Positions 12,863 to 25,703 of a DNA stretch of 64,000 nt are shown here, piece after piece (the first letter of the stretch is position 1; the number at the start of each line of letters is the position of its first letter). The position numbers were made by a program, and so were the translations under genes. Source of the stretch: Macrostomum lignano (Eukaryota); NCBI GenBank assembly GCA_002269645.1, contig NIVC01003513.1, positions 30,174 to 94,173 of the forward strand, given 5' to 3'. The notes under the pieces were generated by a model that ran no database searches, was not told the origin of the DNA, and saw only the letters and a list, made by a program, of their open reading frames with translations.

Positions 12863-14404
12863 CTGAGACCAGACTCAACCAGCTGTTCTCAATCCAGACC
12901 GAGCCAGTTCCAGATGAAGCGGTTTCGCTAGGCGCAGCACCAGTCTCCATGACGCAAAGAGCAATGCTACTCAACCCACATAATTAAAAGGCCAGTTGTA
13001 TTTAAGGTCACTCGCACGATAAGAGGATTAACCTACGCATATTTGCCAACTTATGGAAAAGCGAAATTGTCTAATGAAGTATGAAAATTCTTCTGTCCAC
13101 CTTGAAGCGAAGTTTTGGCGAGCATATAACTGCGGGCATTGAGGGGTTTGAAAAAAATGGATGCATGGAACTCAATTATTCCACAAGCACAAAGCGAATT
13201 CCATCCGAGCTAGATGGAGACGGAGCTCGCTGAGCTAATCTGCTTGACCCGAGCACAGGTAGATTGGAGGACTCGAGCAGAAGCTGTCGTTCGACTGTCG
13301 CGCTCACCCAGGCGTGACTGATGCCCCCAATCACTATACTTATATACGCATGTCAAAGGCTGTCAAGGTGCATGTCCAGCCTCCTTCTATTTATTCTCCA
13401 TCAGTTCCCTCTCTCCTCGTCCCAATCCTTCATTGTAGCCCCCAGCTCCCGCATCATTGTGCGTGTCCGGTGATATGTAGGGGAAAACAAGTTGAAGCAA
13501 ATCAGATTTGATGGGAGTCCTACGAGGGACATTATACTCTACGCAGCCGTCATCTTTTAGCGCTCTTGAAAATAGTTTTCAAATCTTCAAAACTGCAGAC
13601 AATAGCGCAGCCCGTCAGCTATGGAGCTCCCCGCTGGGACAAGTTGGTTGCAATGTATATAGACATAGTATCCCATCATCATCACCATCCTCATCATTAC
13701 CCAGCATCCTCACAGCCTCATTACGTGAGCAGTCTCAGTATTTATTGGCATTAGGGTGGGAAAATGAAATAGGCTTGTATATAAAGAAGATGGCGGCAGC
13801 GGCGGCTTCAGTTGCTAACCGCTATAGCACAGGTGAAGAGGCCACTTAGCCACTGCTGTTGAGAAAAGAAGGTCTCAACACACGGCGCAAAGAAGGTAAA
13901 GCAGACAACCAATTTCCCCCCAAGCTGAAGAGGATAAAGAGATGAGAGGGAGAGAAACGAGCGCGCAAAAAGGAAGTGGCTTTAATTTTTTTCAACACAG
14001 CTAACGGAACCAGCCCGAGCAACTCCCCAGCTCTCCCACGGTTAGGGAATTCGAGAAGAAGCCACTGATAAATTTCCCACCTCGATCGCTCACTCAGTCA
14101 GTGAGGCTTAGTATGTTAGCTATCAATGGACTAAACACCTCAATTAGCTATACTCACTTTCACACCGAGTCATCAACTCCAGGTGTGTTTGCTCACGCTT
14201 GGGCCCAGTCAGCGTAGCGCGTGTCAGCGTCTGATGAAGATTTAAATTGACAGTGGGAGGGTGCGGCGTGGTGAAGTTCCATGCCTCAAATCAGAGTGGA
14301 CCATTGAGTCTGCAAACTTAAAGCAAACCCTTGATATCGGCACCTCACATGACGCACTTGGGAGTTCTTGACCCACTTCTGTCTCTAGAACTCACGAACC
14401 CTCC

Positions 14405-15592
14405 AGAACCCTCCAGACTCTTTAGAACCCTCCCTCCCTCCCTCCAGACTCATTAGAACCCTCCCTCCCTCCCTCCCTCCAGACTCATTAGAACCTTCCC
14501 TCCCTCCCTCCAGACTCATTAGAACCTTCCCTCCCTCCCTCCAGACTCATTAGAACCTTCCCTCCCTCCCTCCAGACTCATTAGAACCTTCCCTCCCTCC
14601 CTCCAGACTCATTAGAACCCTCCCTCCCTTCCTCCAGACTCATTAGAACCTTCCCTCCCTCCCTCCAGACTCATTAGAACCCTCCCTCCCTCCCTCCAGA
14701 CTCATTAGAACCTTCCCTCCCTCCCTCCAGACTCATTAGAACCCTCCCTCCCTCCCTCCAGACTCATTAGAACCTTCCCTCCCTCCCTCCAGACTCATTA
14801 GAACCTTCCTCCAGACTCATTAGAACCTTCCCTCCCTCCCTCCAGACTCATTAGAACCTTCCCTCCCTCCCTCCAGACTCATTAGAACCTTCCCTCCCTC
14901 CCTCCAGACTCATTAGAACCTTCCCTCCCTCTCTCCAGACTCATTAGAACCTTCCCTCCCTCCCTCCAGACTCATTAGAACCCTCCCTCCCTCCCTCCAG
15001 ACTCATTAGAACCTTCCCTCCCTCCCTCCAGACTCATTAGAACCCTCCCTCCCTCCCTCCAGACTCATTAGAACCTTCCCTCCCTCTCTCCAGACTCATT
15101 AGAACCTTCCCTCCCTCCCTCCAGACTCATTAGAACCTTCCTCCAGACTCATTAGGACCCTCCTCCAGACTCATTAGAACCCTCCCTCCCTCCCTCCAGA
15201 CTCATTAGAACCTTCCCTCCCTCCCTCCAGACTCATTAGAACCTTCCTCCAGACTCATTAGGACCCTCCTCCAGACTCATTAGAACCCTCCCTCCCTCCC
15301 TCCAGACTCATTAGAACCTTCCCTCCCTCCCTCCAGACTCATTAGAACCTTCCCTCCCTCCCTCCAGACTCATTAGAACCTTCCTCCAGACTCATTAGGA
15401 CCCTCCTCCAGACTCATTAGAACCCTCCCTCCCTCCCTCCAGACTCATTAGAACCTTCCCTCCCTCCCTCCAGACTCATTAGAACCTTCCTCCAGACTCA
15501 TTAGAACCCTCCCTCCCTCCCTCCAGACTCATTAGAACCTTCCCTCCCTCCCTCCAGACTCATTAGAACCTTCCTCCAGACTCATTAGGACC
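14405..15592. repeat. Minisatellite, about 31-bp unit CCAGACTCATTAGAACCTTCCCTCCCTCCCT with shortened variants
   Basis: About 40 copies; the CCCT tract length varies, and a short AGGACCCTCCT variant recurs in the right half. Confidence 0.96.
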
Positions 15593-17064
15593 CTTGCGCA
15601 GCCATAACGACCCCTGGATCAGTCTTCAAAGTATGCCTAAACATTATATATCAGCACTATATGAACAACCAGCATGCATAATTAGTTGTAGAAAAAAGTT
15701 AAGCGAAATGTTCCTTGGACTAACAGTGTTGGGATTCTGGGCATCTGGTCTGCATGCAATAAGCGGGCAGGGGGTGCAGCATGGCTGTAAATTGTGTAGT
15801 AAAAAGCATTGACAAACTGTTTATTCAGCACAAGGCTCGCCCCAACACACGGTTATTTTGCTAGGACAAGGTCGAACCTCTTGGTGGGGGGAGGGAATGC
15901 AAAAGTCTCTGTGCAAATATAGTGTAAATATATACATTTATCACACCCTCAGCACACCCATTAAAACGCGTACAACCCCTTCAGGTCTCCCTAATTAAGG
16001 TGACAGAAATCAGCATCGAGGGCCAATTGGGTAGAGGGAGAGAAACGAACATCTTATTTGTATAGAAGGGCGGACTGCTGCAGGCAAAGTGTGCTACAGA
16101 TAGATAGGGATACGAGCTTGTTATAGTCGCACTCTATAATACTGCTGCTGCTGCAGAAGCTGTGTGTGTTTACACAGAGACGAACAACAAGAGGCAACAA
16201 GAGGTGATAGTTAGGATGGCGGGGAGGCAGAGGGCAGAAGAGGCCTCTCTCATTTGCCGCAGAAAAAAAGGATAAGAAGACGCAGCCAAAGCAGGGAAGT
16301 AAAGGCAGGACCGCCAGGAGCCGTCACTTTGGCTGCAATTTCATTAAAAGCAGAATTTGCAAAGGGGAGGACAGACACCATCCTCATTAGCGGCGAGTGA
16401 AAATCACCACCGCCAAGAATTTTTGGCTACAAAGTGGTTTTCAGCGGTGCCAGAAAAAGAGAGGCAATGGGATCGGTAAACAGTTGGGAGAATTGGGACG
16501 CGACACGGCCCTCCCGCTCTCAACAATAACAAACAGTAGAGCCAGAAAACTCTTTTCCTCTCTACGCTAAACCGTCTTTTAGAAGATGGGGCAAGAAGAA
16601 GCTACCAGAAGAGAAAAAATGTGTCAAAACATTTTCTGTCTGAGTTCTGGGCCCCAACAGATTGCCCGCTAATGACCATCCGAGCTTAAACTTTGCTTTT
16701 CTTGACTAGCCAATGCCGGGCACGAGACCCACACTCGGGACATTGTGCCCCGGCGAGGCTGGAGGCTCAGAGAGATGAAGCAGGGATGCGGCTGCAGCAG
16801 GGGCTGAAATCTGTACAAATCTTTAATCTTTATGCGCGTGTATCGAAAGTGAACAAGTGAACCACATTCCAGACCGTTGTGGGAATGTATAAAATCCTAA
16901 TTTCATTACGTTTCATTGGGAGACAAAAAGCTGAGGAATCTGTGGCTCTAATTTATAAATTTGCTTGTAAATAATTTTTTGCACCGGCTGTGGTAGCTAA
17001 TTACTGATGAAGTGTCTGATGAGGCCCTTCCAGTTTCATCATCGGAACCTCTGATGCTGCATTC

Positions 17065-18095
17065 GTGATGATGGGATTCTGGGGGAATTAATTAGCTGGG
17101 ATTTATGATGATGGGATTCTGGGGGAATTGATTCTCAGTTAGCTGGGATTTATGATGATGGGATTCTGGGGGAATTAATTCTCAGTTAGCTGGGATTTAT
17201 GATGATGTGATTCTGGGGGAATTAATTCTCAGTTAGCTGGGATTTATGATGATGGGATTCTGGGGGAATTAATTCTCAGTTAGCTGGGATTTATGATGAT
17301 GGGATTCTAGGGAACTAATTCTCAGCTGGGATTTATGATGATTGGATTCTGGGGGAACTAATTCTCAGCAGGGATTTATGATAATGGGATTCTGGGGAAT
17401 TCTCAGTTAGCTTGGATTTATGATGATGGGATTCTGGGGAATTAATTCTCAACAGGGATTTATGATGATGGGATTCTGGGGGAATTAATTCTCAGTTAGC
17501 TGGGATTTATGATGATGGGATTCTGGGGGAATTAATTCTCAGTTAGCTGGGATTTATGATGATTGGATTCTGGGGGAATTAATTCTCAGTTAGCTGGGAT
17601 TTATGATGATGGGATTCTGGGGGAATTAATTCTCAGTTAGCTGGGATTTATGATGATGGGATTCTGGGGGAATTAATTCTCAGTTAGCTGGGATTTATGA
17701 TGATGGGATTCTGGGGGAATTAATTCTCAGTTAGCTGGGATTTATGATGATTGGATTCTGGGGGAATTAATTCTCAGTTAGCTGGGATTTATGATGATGG
17801 GATTCTGGGGGAATTAATTCTCAGTTAGCTGGGATTTATGATGATGGGATTCTGGGGGAATTCTTTCTCAGTTAGCTGGGATTTATGATGATGGGATTCT
17901 GGGGGAATTAATTCTCAGTTAGCTGGGATTTATGATGATTGGATTCTGGGGGAATTAATTCTCAGTTAGCTGGGATTTATGATGATGGGATTCTGGGGGG
18001 AATTAATTCTCAGTTAGCTGGGATTTATGATGATGGGATTCTGGGGGAATTAATTCTCAGTTAGCTGGGATTTATGATGATGGGATTCTGGGGAA
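17065..18095. repeat. Minisatellite, 47-bp unit GGGATTTATGATGATGGGATTCTGGGGGAATTAATTCTCAGTTAGCT
   Basis: About 22 copies; each contains the palindrome GAATTAATTC. Confidence 0.97.
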
Positions 18096-20014
18096 TTTCC
18101 AGGTGCTGAACTTCCGACACAAGAGAACCTGCAGTTACACCTTTACAAAAAGTCAAGACCGTCACAAAGAAGCCGCTGGGCAAGATATTTCACACCGAAG
18201 TTGCATCGCTTTGATATTTTTGACTTCGTTGCCTCCGAAAAAAGCAGCACTGCACGCGCGCCAAGCCAAAAAAGCAAACGATTCGTGTGATACGCGATGC
18301 ATCCATCATCAGCTGTCATCTGCCTGGCACCAACCAACCACCCCAATTGCCACTCTTTACCCTCGGGGCAATTTTTTTAAAGTGACTAATGTAGAAGCCA
18401 AGAAAGGAAAGGACAGTCAGTCAGGAGCAGTGCGGATTGTCTCAAGCTATCCATGCTCCGCCTCCTGCCAGGTAGGTTGGGGGGAGGAAAGGATGACGGG
18501 GGCCACTTCAAACTGTGGAAAATTTTGGCAATAAAATATGCTCCTGGCCTCCCTCCTCAAGCTATTCTGTGCCAGCCAGTCTCTCACAAAAGCAGAGAAG
18601 GCAGGCGGGCGCGCGCACAGTGAGGGAGAAAGGAAGCGGAGGCATCCGGGATGCCCGCTAGACAGCCGGGCGCCGCCAGGCCCTCCCAGAATCCCCACTC
18701 CACTAAAGTTTCTCTCCCCCCCTCAACAACTTCGGGTTGCCAGCTACAGGCTTTGATGATGCGAGGAATCTTCAATTGTCCCTTTCCCGTCTCTCTCTCC
18801 TTTCTCCTCAGCCCCCCATAAAGCTTCTGTTTGTCAAAAGCAGCAAAATACTGGGAGGTGTTGGCGGATTCACAAAAACACACACAGGACACAAAGCAAA
18901 GAAGAAAAAAATTTGTTCCCACAAATGGCGCTGAAGTAGGAGGAAGGCAGTTTCGCCTGTCAGGGCCGCAGCTGCTGCAGTCACTTACCAGCCAAGCCCT
19001 TTTGTCCTATTATAACGCTATAAGCTTATAGGGGATGCCTTGAAGGCGGGAGAGGAGGCGGGTTGGGGCTGGGCAAAGATCCTCCTGACTCCTCCAGCCC
19101 GCCTTTCCCTTTCCAGCCAGCCAGCCACGGCGCTCTCCGCTTGAAGGCCTTTGAATTGGCGGAGCATCGAAATTCTTTTTCCTTCAACAATCATGCACAC
19201 TTTCTGTCTGAGCAGCATCAGCAGCTTCTCTTGGGAACACAGTTTTTACACACCTGTCTTAGCTATTGCCAATTTTGTGGGAAACTGGCAAGCAGGCAGT
19301 CAGCTTTGACAGAAGCGTGATTGACAGGCAGCCAAGTGATAGGAATGAAGCGACGGTACCTGTTTGAGCATGTTGCAGAGTTTTGGATCGATTCTCTTCT
19401 TTGTTAGCATCTTTTTGAACTGGCAGACTGGAACTGCCTGAGAGAGAGAGTCAGAAAGAGAAAGGAAATGCGACCCCGGCATAACTAAATTTTGACACCC
19501 GGGTTTAATGCCTTGTACCAAAAATGACTTTTATTGCTCGTTACTCAGCTCGTACTCGTTGTTTGTAGGCGAGTGGTCGTTCTGTGCGTGCCGAGGCTGC
19601 GATTTAGGGCCGACGCGCTGACGGACAGGCGGCGAAAACTCCGCGATTTCTTCGGCAATTCGTCTACCTCGGCGGTCTGGTTCCACAGCAGCCAGGACGG
19701 ACAGAGGGTGTGGCGTTGTTCTTGCTCAAACAGCATGTCGGTACACGATGGCCTACGGCTGCACGGCGCCACCTTCAAGATTGGCGACGAGCGAGTTTCC
19801 AACGCGGCACTGTATCGACCGTCATATCAAACTCGTACCAATTCGGTCGGGCATCACGGCTTTCGTTCCCCGCGAGTTTTGGAAGTCGATCAATCCGATG
19901 GAGACAATCCTCATAAACACGATCCTCTAAATGCTCGCGTGCCGGATGTACATGTACGTACAGGGAAAGGAGAGTTATGGAAATGTCTATGGCACATGTA
20001 CACGAGCACATGAG

Positions 20015-20281
20015 GGGGCTGTAGCCCAGTGGTCAGAGCGTCGGACTCACAACTGAAAGGTCGGGGGTTCGATTCCCGATAACACTGGAACAATTTGTGT
20101 CCTTGAGCAAGGCAACTCTGCATTGCTTCAGTTCACCCAGCTGTAAAATGGGTGCCAGCATTAGCTGAGGTAATTGAGGGTGTGTGTGGCGACCCCCTAG
20201 GAGTCCTTGGACTGAACAGCCGTACGCAGCCTTCAGATGCGCCGCGCAATAGCTGCGGCTGAGCTGTCGGTTGCACATCCG
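20015..20281 (+). mobile_element. tRNA-derived SINE, copy 1
   Basis: A-box TAGCCCAGTGG and B-box GGTTCGATTCC, followed by a non-tRNA body (GTGTCCTTGAGCAAGG...CACCCAGCTGTAAAATGGG). A second copy in the opposite orientation lies at 27919-28187. Confidence 0.88.
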
Positions 20282-21054
20282 CCGGTTAGAGCAGGTGTAA
20301 TCAATTATTAAATATTAATTATACGAGCCCTATAACGTCGAACAAAACACAAACACTTGTTCCGTTTGTAAATGCCAATTCCCAGAAGCTGAAATATTGT
20401 GAATATATTTCCTTCTGCTGACTACACATTTTTATATACAGCACTACTTTCAGTAGCAGCAAAGCCCGGCACCACTCAAAAATGAATCGAATTCAAACGA
20501 AAAAAATTCACACTCAAAGGAAGTGACTACCACATTTTTAGCAAAAAAGGAATTTGAATCAAATAGCGCAGTCAATTTTTTATTTTCCATAGGTTCACTT
20601 GTCTGTACTTTTAGAGCAGCATTTGTGGTGATTTTATAGTTCAACAAAACAGAGCCATCGTCATGCATGCAGCGAGAGACATGCGAGCGCAAAGATTACA
20701 TAACAGATAAGCAGTAATTAAATGTTAGAAAATTGAAATTGCTCAAAACTCAGTCGAGTACGGGATCGAATTTTTACTAACTAAAAAGAGCACACTGCAC
20801 AAAAGCAAAGGCGGTGTAATGCATTTAAATTCAGCCAATATAATTGTATCATTAAAAGTCATCAATTACATTTTCACCGTAATTTTTATTATCTAATCAT
20901 TCTAAATACACCAACGATGATTAACGAGGTTGCAGAAAGCAAACCTTGATTTTTATGCATTCAGACAGACATTTTGAGAGAGCAGCGATATCAATATGTA
21001 CATTTAGTAATATGTCAACACTTGAAATGGGCAAGCACACGTCAATCGCAGTTC

Positions 21055-23135
21055 TATCTACTAGTCAGTCTCATGCCTATCTACTAGTCAGTCTCATGTC
21101 TATCTACTAGTCACTCTCATGTTTATCTACTAGTCACTCTCATGTTTATATACTAGTCAGTCTCATGTCTATATACTAGTCACTCTCATGTTTATATACT
21201 AGTCAGTCTCATGTCTATATACTAGTCAGTCTCATGTCTATATACTAGTCAGTCTCATGTCTATATACTAGTCACTCTCATGTCTATATACTAGTCAGTC
21301 TCATGTCTATATACTAGTCACTCTCATGTTTATATACTAGTCAGTCTCATGTTTATATACTAGTCAGTCTCATGTCTATATACTAGTCAGTCTCATGTCT
21401 ATATACTAGTCAGTCTCATGTCTATATACTAGTCACTCTCATGTTTATATACTAGTCAGTCTCATGTTTATATACTAGTCAGTCTCATGTCTATATACTA
21501 GTCAGTCTCATGTCTATATACTAGTCACTCTCATGTCTATCTACTAGTCACTCTCATGTCTATATACTAGTCAGTCTCATGTCTATATACTAGTCAGTCT
21601 CGTGTCTATCTACTAGTCAGTCTCATGTCTATCTACTAGTCACTCTCATGTCTATATACTAGTCAGTCTCATGTCTATATACTAGTCAGTCTCGTGTCTA
21701 TCTACTAGTCAGTCTCATGTCTATATACTAGTCAGTCTCGTGTCTATCTACTAGTCAGTCTCATGTCTATATACTAGTCAGTCTCATGTCTATATACTAG
21801 TCAGTCTCATGTCTATATACTAGTCAGTCTCATGTCTATCTACTAGTCAGTCTCATGTCTATATACTAGTCAGTCTCATGTCTATCTACTAGTCAGTCTC
21901 ATGTCTATATACTAGTCAGCCTCATGTCTATCTACTAGTCAGTGTCATGTCTATATACTAGTCAGTCTCATGTCTATATACTAGTCAGTCTCATGTCTAT
22001 ATACTAGTCAGTCTTATGTCTATATACTAGTCAGTCTCATGTCTATATACTAGTCAGCCTCATGTCTATCTACTAGTCAGTCTCATGTCTATATACTAGT
22101 CAGTCTCATGTCTATCTACTAGTCAGTCTCATGTCTATATACTAGTCAGCCTCATGTCTATCTACTAGTCAGTCTCATGTCTATATACTAGTCAGTCTCA
22201 TGTCTATATACTAGTCAGTCTCATGTCTATATACTAGTCAGTCTTATGTCTATATACTGGTCAGTCTCATGTCTATCTACTAGTCAGTCTTTTGTCTATC
22301 TACTAGTCAGTCTCATGTCTATCTACTAGTCAGTCTTATGTCTATCTACTAGTCAGTCTTATGTCTATCTACTAGTCAGTCTCATGTCTATATACTAGTC
22401 AGTCTTATGTCTATCTACTAGTCAGTCTTATGTCTATATACTAGTCAGTCTCGTGTCTATATACTAGTCAGTCTCATGTCTATATACTAGTCACTCTCAT
22501 GTCTATATACTAGTCACTCTTATGTCTATCTACTAGTCACTCTCATGTCTATATACTAGTCAGTCTCATGTCTATATACTAGTCACTCTCATGTCTATCT
22601 ACTAGTCAGTCTTATGTCTATCTACTAGTCAGTCTTATGTCTATCTACTAGTCAGTCTCATGTCTATATACTAGTCAGTCTTATGTCTATCTACTAGTCA
22701 GTCTTATGTCTATATACTAGTCAGTCTCATGTCTATATACTAGTCAGTCTTATGTCTATCTACTAGTCAGTCTTATGTCTATATACTAGTCACTCTTATG
22801 TCTATCTACTAGTCACTCTCATGTCTATATACTAGTCAGTCTCATGTCTATATACTAGTCACTCTCATGTCTATATACTAGTCACTCTCATGTCTATATA
22901 CTAGTCACTCTCATGTGTATCTACTAGTCAGTCTCATGTCTATCTACTAGTCACTCTCATGTCTATATACTAGTCAGTCTCATGTCTATATACTAGTCAC
23001 TCTCATGTCTATATACTAGTCACTCTCATGTCTATATACTAGTCACTCTCATGTGTATCTACTAGTCACTCTCATGTCTATATACTAGTCAGTCTCATGT
23101 CTATATACTAGTCAGTCTCATGTCTATTTACTACT
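21055..23135. repeat. Minisatellite, 23-bp unit TCTATATACTAGTCAGTCTCATG
   Basis: About 90 copies with two-state variant sites (TATA/TATC, CAG/CAC, CTCA/CTTA). Confidence 0.98.
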
Positions 23136-23871
23136 GAATCTGTTGTCTGTCTATTACTCATGCTTAAATACAAATTAATCTCTCAAATCTATTCTATTTT
23201 GCATACGTTATCTACTAAGCAATGAGGGTATTAATTTGATTCTCTCAATCTTATTGAACACAATAAATGAAAATAGTGACAATTTACTCATATTAAAAAG
23301 AAGCATTTTTACGTAATTATGTGCATTTACAGTAAATAGACATTAAACCTCAATACATATTTTTAATAAATATATGTACAAGCGCAGAGTTGCAAAAATA
23401 AGATAAATATCAGAGAGAGAGCTGCAGTTGAAATCAATAGCGTTATTTAATGATAACTACACAATTATTTTATACCGCTTCTCTAAATTCTATAACAACA
23501 AGTGACGCAAACAATGGCTTCTTATATTCCATATACACAAGGTACAGCGAGTCTATCTCCATGCAGCCTAAGAGACACTGGAACAGGAGAGACCAGACTA
23601 CTTTAAACTCAAACTGAAGCCGGGAAGCCTTTAAGCTTTGTATCTCTTTAACCTGTAGGCAAACGGAGAATTGTTTATTTTTTGCTACTATTTTGGAACA
23701 CGATACTACTAACTGCAATAAGTAGAGCGCGGAACTGGACAGCAAAATAATAGAGGAGAGAGAATAATTTAGGCTATACGGGAGAAACTGCATACAATCA
23801 ATGTTGATAGCTGATTAATTCAAATTAACAGTATAAATACTGAGAGCCAACTTCCGCCCACCGCTAAACTT

Positions 23872-25577
23872 AACAGTGTGAAATGTCACTCTCAACAGTG
23901 TGAAATGTCACTCTCAACAGTGTGAAATGTCACTCTCAATAGTGTGAAATGTTACTCAATGGAGTGAAATGTGGCTTTCAACAGTGTGAAATGTCACTCT
24001 CAACAGTGTGAAATGTCACTCTCAATAGTGTGAAATGTCACTCTCAACAGTGTGAAATGTCACTCTCAACAGTGTGAAATGTCACTCACAATAGTGTGAA
24101 ATGTCACTCTCAATAGTGTGAAATATCACTCTCAACAGTGTGAAATGTCACTCTGAACAGTGTGAAATGTCACTCTCAACAGTGTGAAATGTCACTCTCA
24201 ACAGTGTGAAATGTCACTCTCAACAGTGTGAAATGTCACTCTCAACAGTGTGAAATGTCAGTGTCAACCTCAACAGTGTGAAATGTTACTCTCTGGAGTG
24301 AAATGTCACTCCCAACAGTGTGAAATGTTACTCTCAACAGTGTGAAATGTCACTCTCAATAGTGTGAAATGTCACTCTCAACAGTGTGAAATGTCACTCT
24401 GAACAGTGTGAAATGTCACTCTCAACAGTGTGAAATGTTACTCTCAACAGTGTGAAATGTTACTCTCAACAGTGTGAAATGTCACTCTCAACAGTGTGAA
24501 ATGTCACTCTCAACAGTGTGAAATGTCACTCTCAATAGTGTGAAATGTCCCTCTCAACAGTGTGAAATGTCACTCTGAACAGTGTGAAATGTCAGTGTCA
24601 ACCTCAACAGTGTGAAATGTTACTCACTGGAGTGAAAAGTCACTCACAACAGTGTGAAATGTCACTCTCAACAGTGTGAAATGTCACTCTCAACAGTGTG
24701 AAATGTCACTCTCAACAGTGTGAAATGTCACTCTCAACAGTGTGAAATGTCAGTGTCAACCTCAACAGTGTGAAATGTTACTCTCTGGAGTGAAATGTCA
24801 CTCCCAACAGTGCGAAATGTCACTCTCAATAGTGTGAAATGTCACTCTCAACAGTGTGAAATGTCACTCTCAACAGTGTGAAATGTCACTCTCAACAGTG
24901 TGAAATGTCACTCTCAACAGTGTGAAATGTCAGTGTCAACCTCAACAGTGTGAAATGTTACTCTCTGGAGTGAAATGTCACTCCCAACAGTGCGAAATGT
25001 CACTCTCAATAGTGTGAAATGTCACTCTCAACAGTGTGAAATGTCCCTCTCAACAGTGTGAAATGTCCCTCTCAACAGTGTGAAATGTCACTCTCAATAG
25101 TGTGAAATATCACTCTCAACAGTGTGAAATGTCACTCTGAACAGTGTGAAATGTCACTCTCAACAGTGTGAAATGTTACTCTCAACAGTGTGAAATGTTA
25201 CTCTCAACAGTGTGAAATGTCACTCTCAACAGTGTGAAATGTCACTCTCAACAGTGTGAAATGTCACTCTCAACAGTGTGAAATGTCCCTCTTAACAGTG
25301 TGAAATGTCACTCTGAACAGTGTGAAATGTCAGTGTCAACCTCAACAGTGTGAAATGTTACTCACTGGAGTGAAATGTCACTCTCAACAGTGTGAAATGT
25401 CACTCTCAACAGTGTGAAATGTCACTCTCAACAGTGTGAAATGTCACTCTCAACAGTGTGAAATGTCAGTGTCAACCTCAACAGTGTGAAATGTTACTCT
25501 CTGGAGTGAAATGTCACTTCCAACAGTGCGAAATGTCACTCTCAATAGTGTGAAATGTCACTCTCAACAGTGTGAAA
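23872..25577. repeat. Minisatellite, 22-bp unit AACAGTGTGAAATGTCACTCTC with a recurring higher-order variant block
   Basis: About 77 copies. A block GTCAGTGTCAACCTC...TGGAGTGAA recurs near 24255, 24590, 24745, 24930, 25325 and 25465. Confidence 0.97.
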
Positions 25578-25703
25578 GGGCAGTTAACAGAGTGAAGCGG
25601 GAAAGCATGAATCCGCATAAGCGTTATTGAATGAGTGACGGGGTCAGCAATGACTGTTAGTAGTTTTACTGTTAAATCCTCTCTCTCTGTCTCTCTCTCT
25701 ATC

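Noticed and set aside
20015-20090. Functional tRNA gene (CAC anticodon-like loop)
   Set aside because: The anticodon and acceptor stems pair poorly, there is no poly-T terminator, and the sequence continues into a body shared with a second dispersed copy, so it is a SINE head.
6515-25577. Tandem arrays as CRISPR-like arrays
   Set aside because: The monomers are head-to-tail with no unique spacers, there are no cas genes, and the context is eukaryotic.
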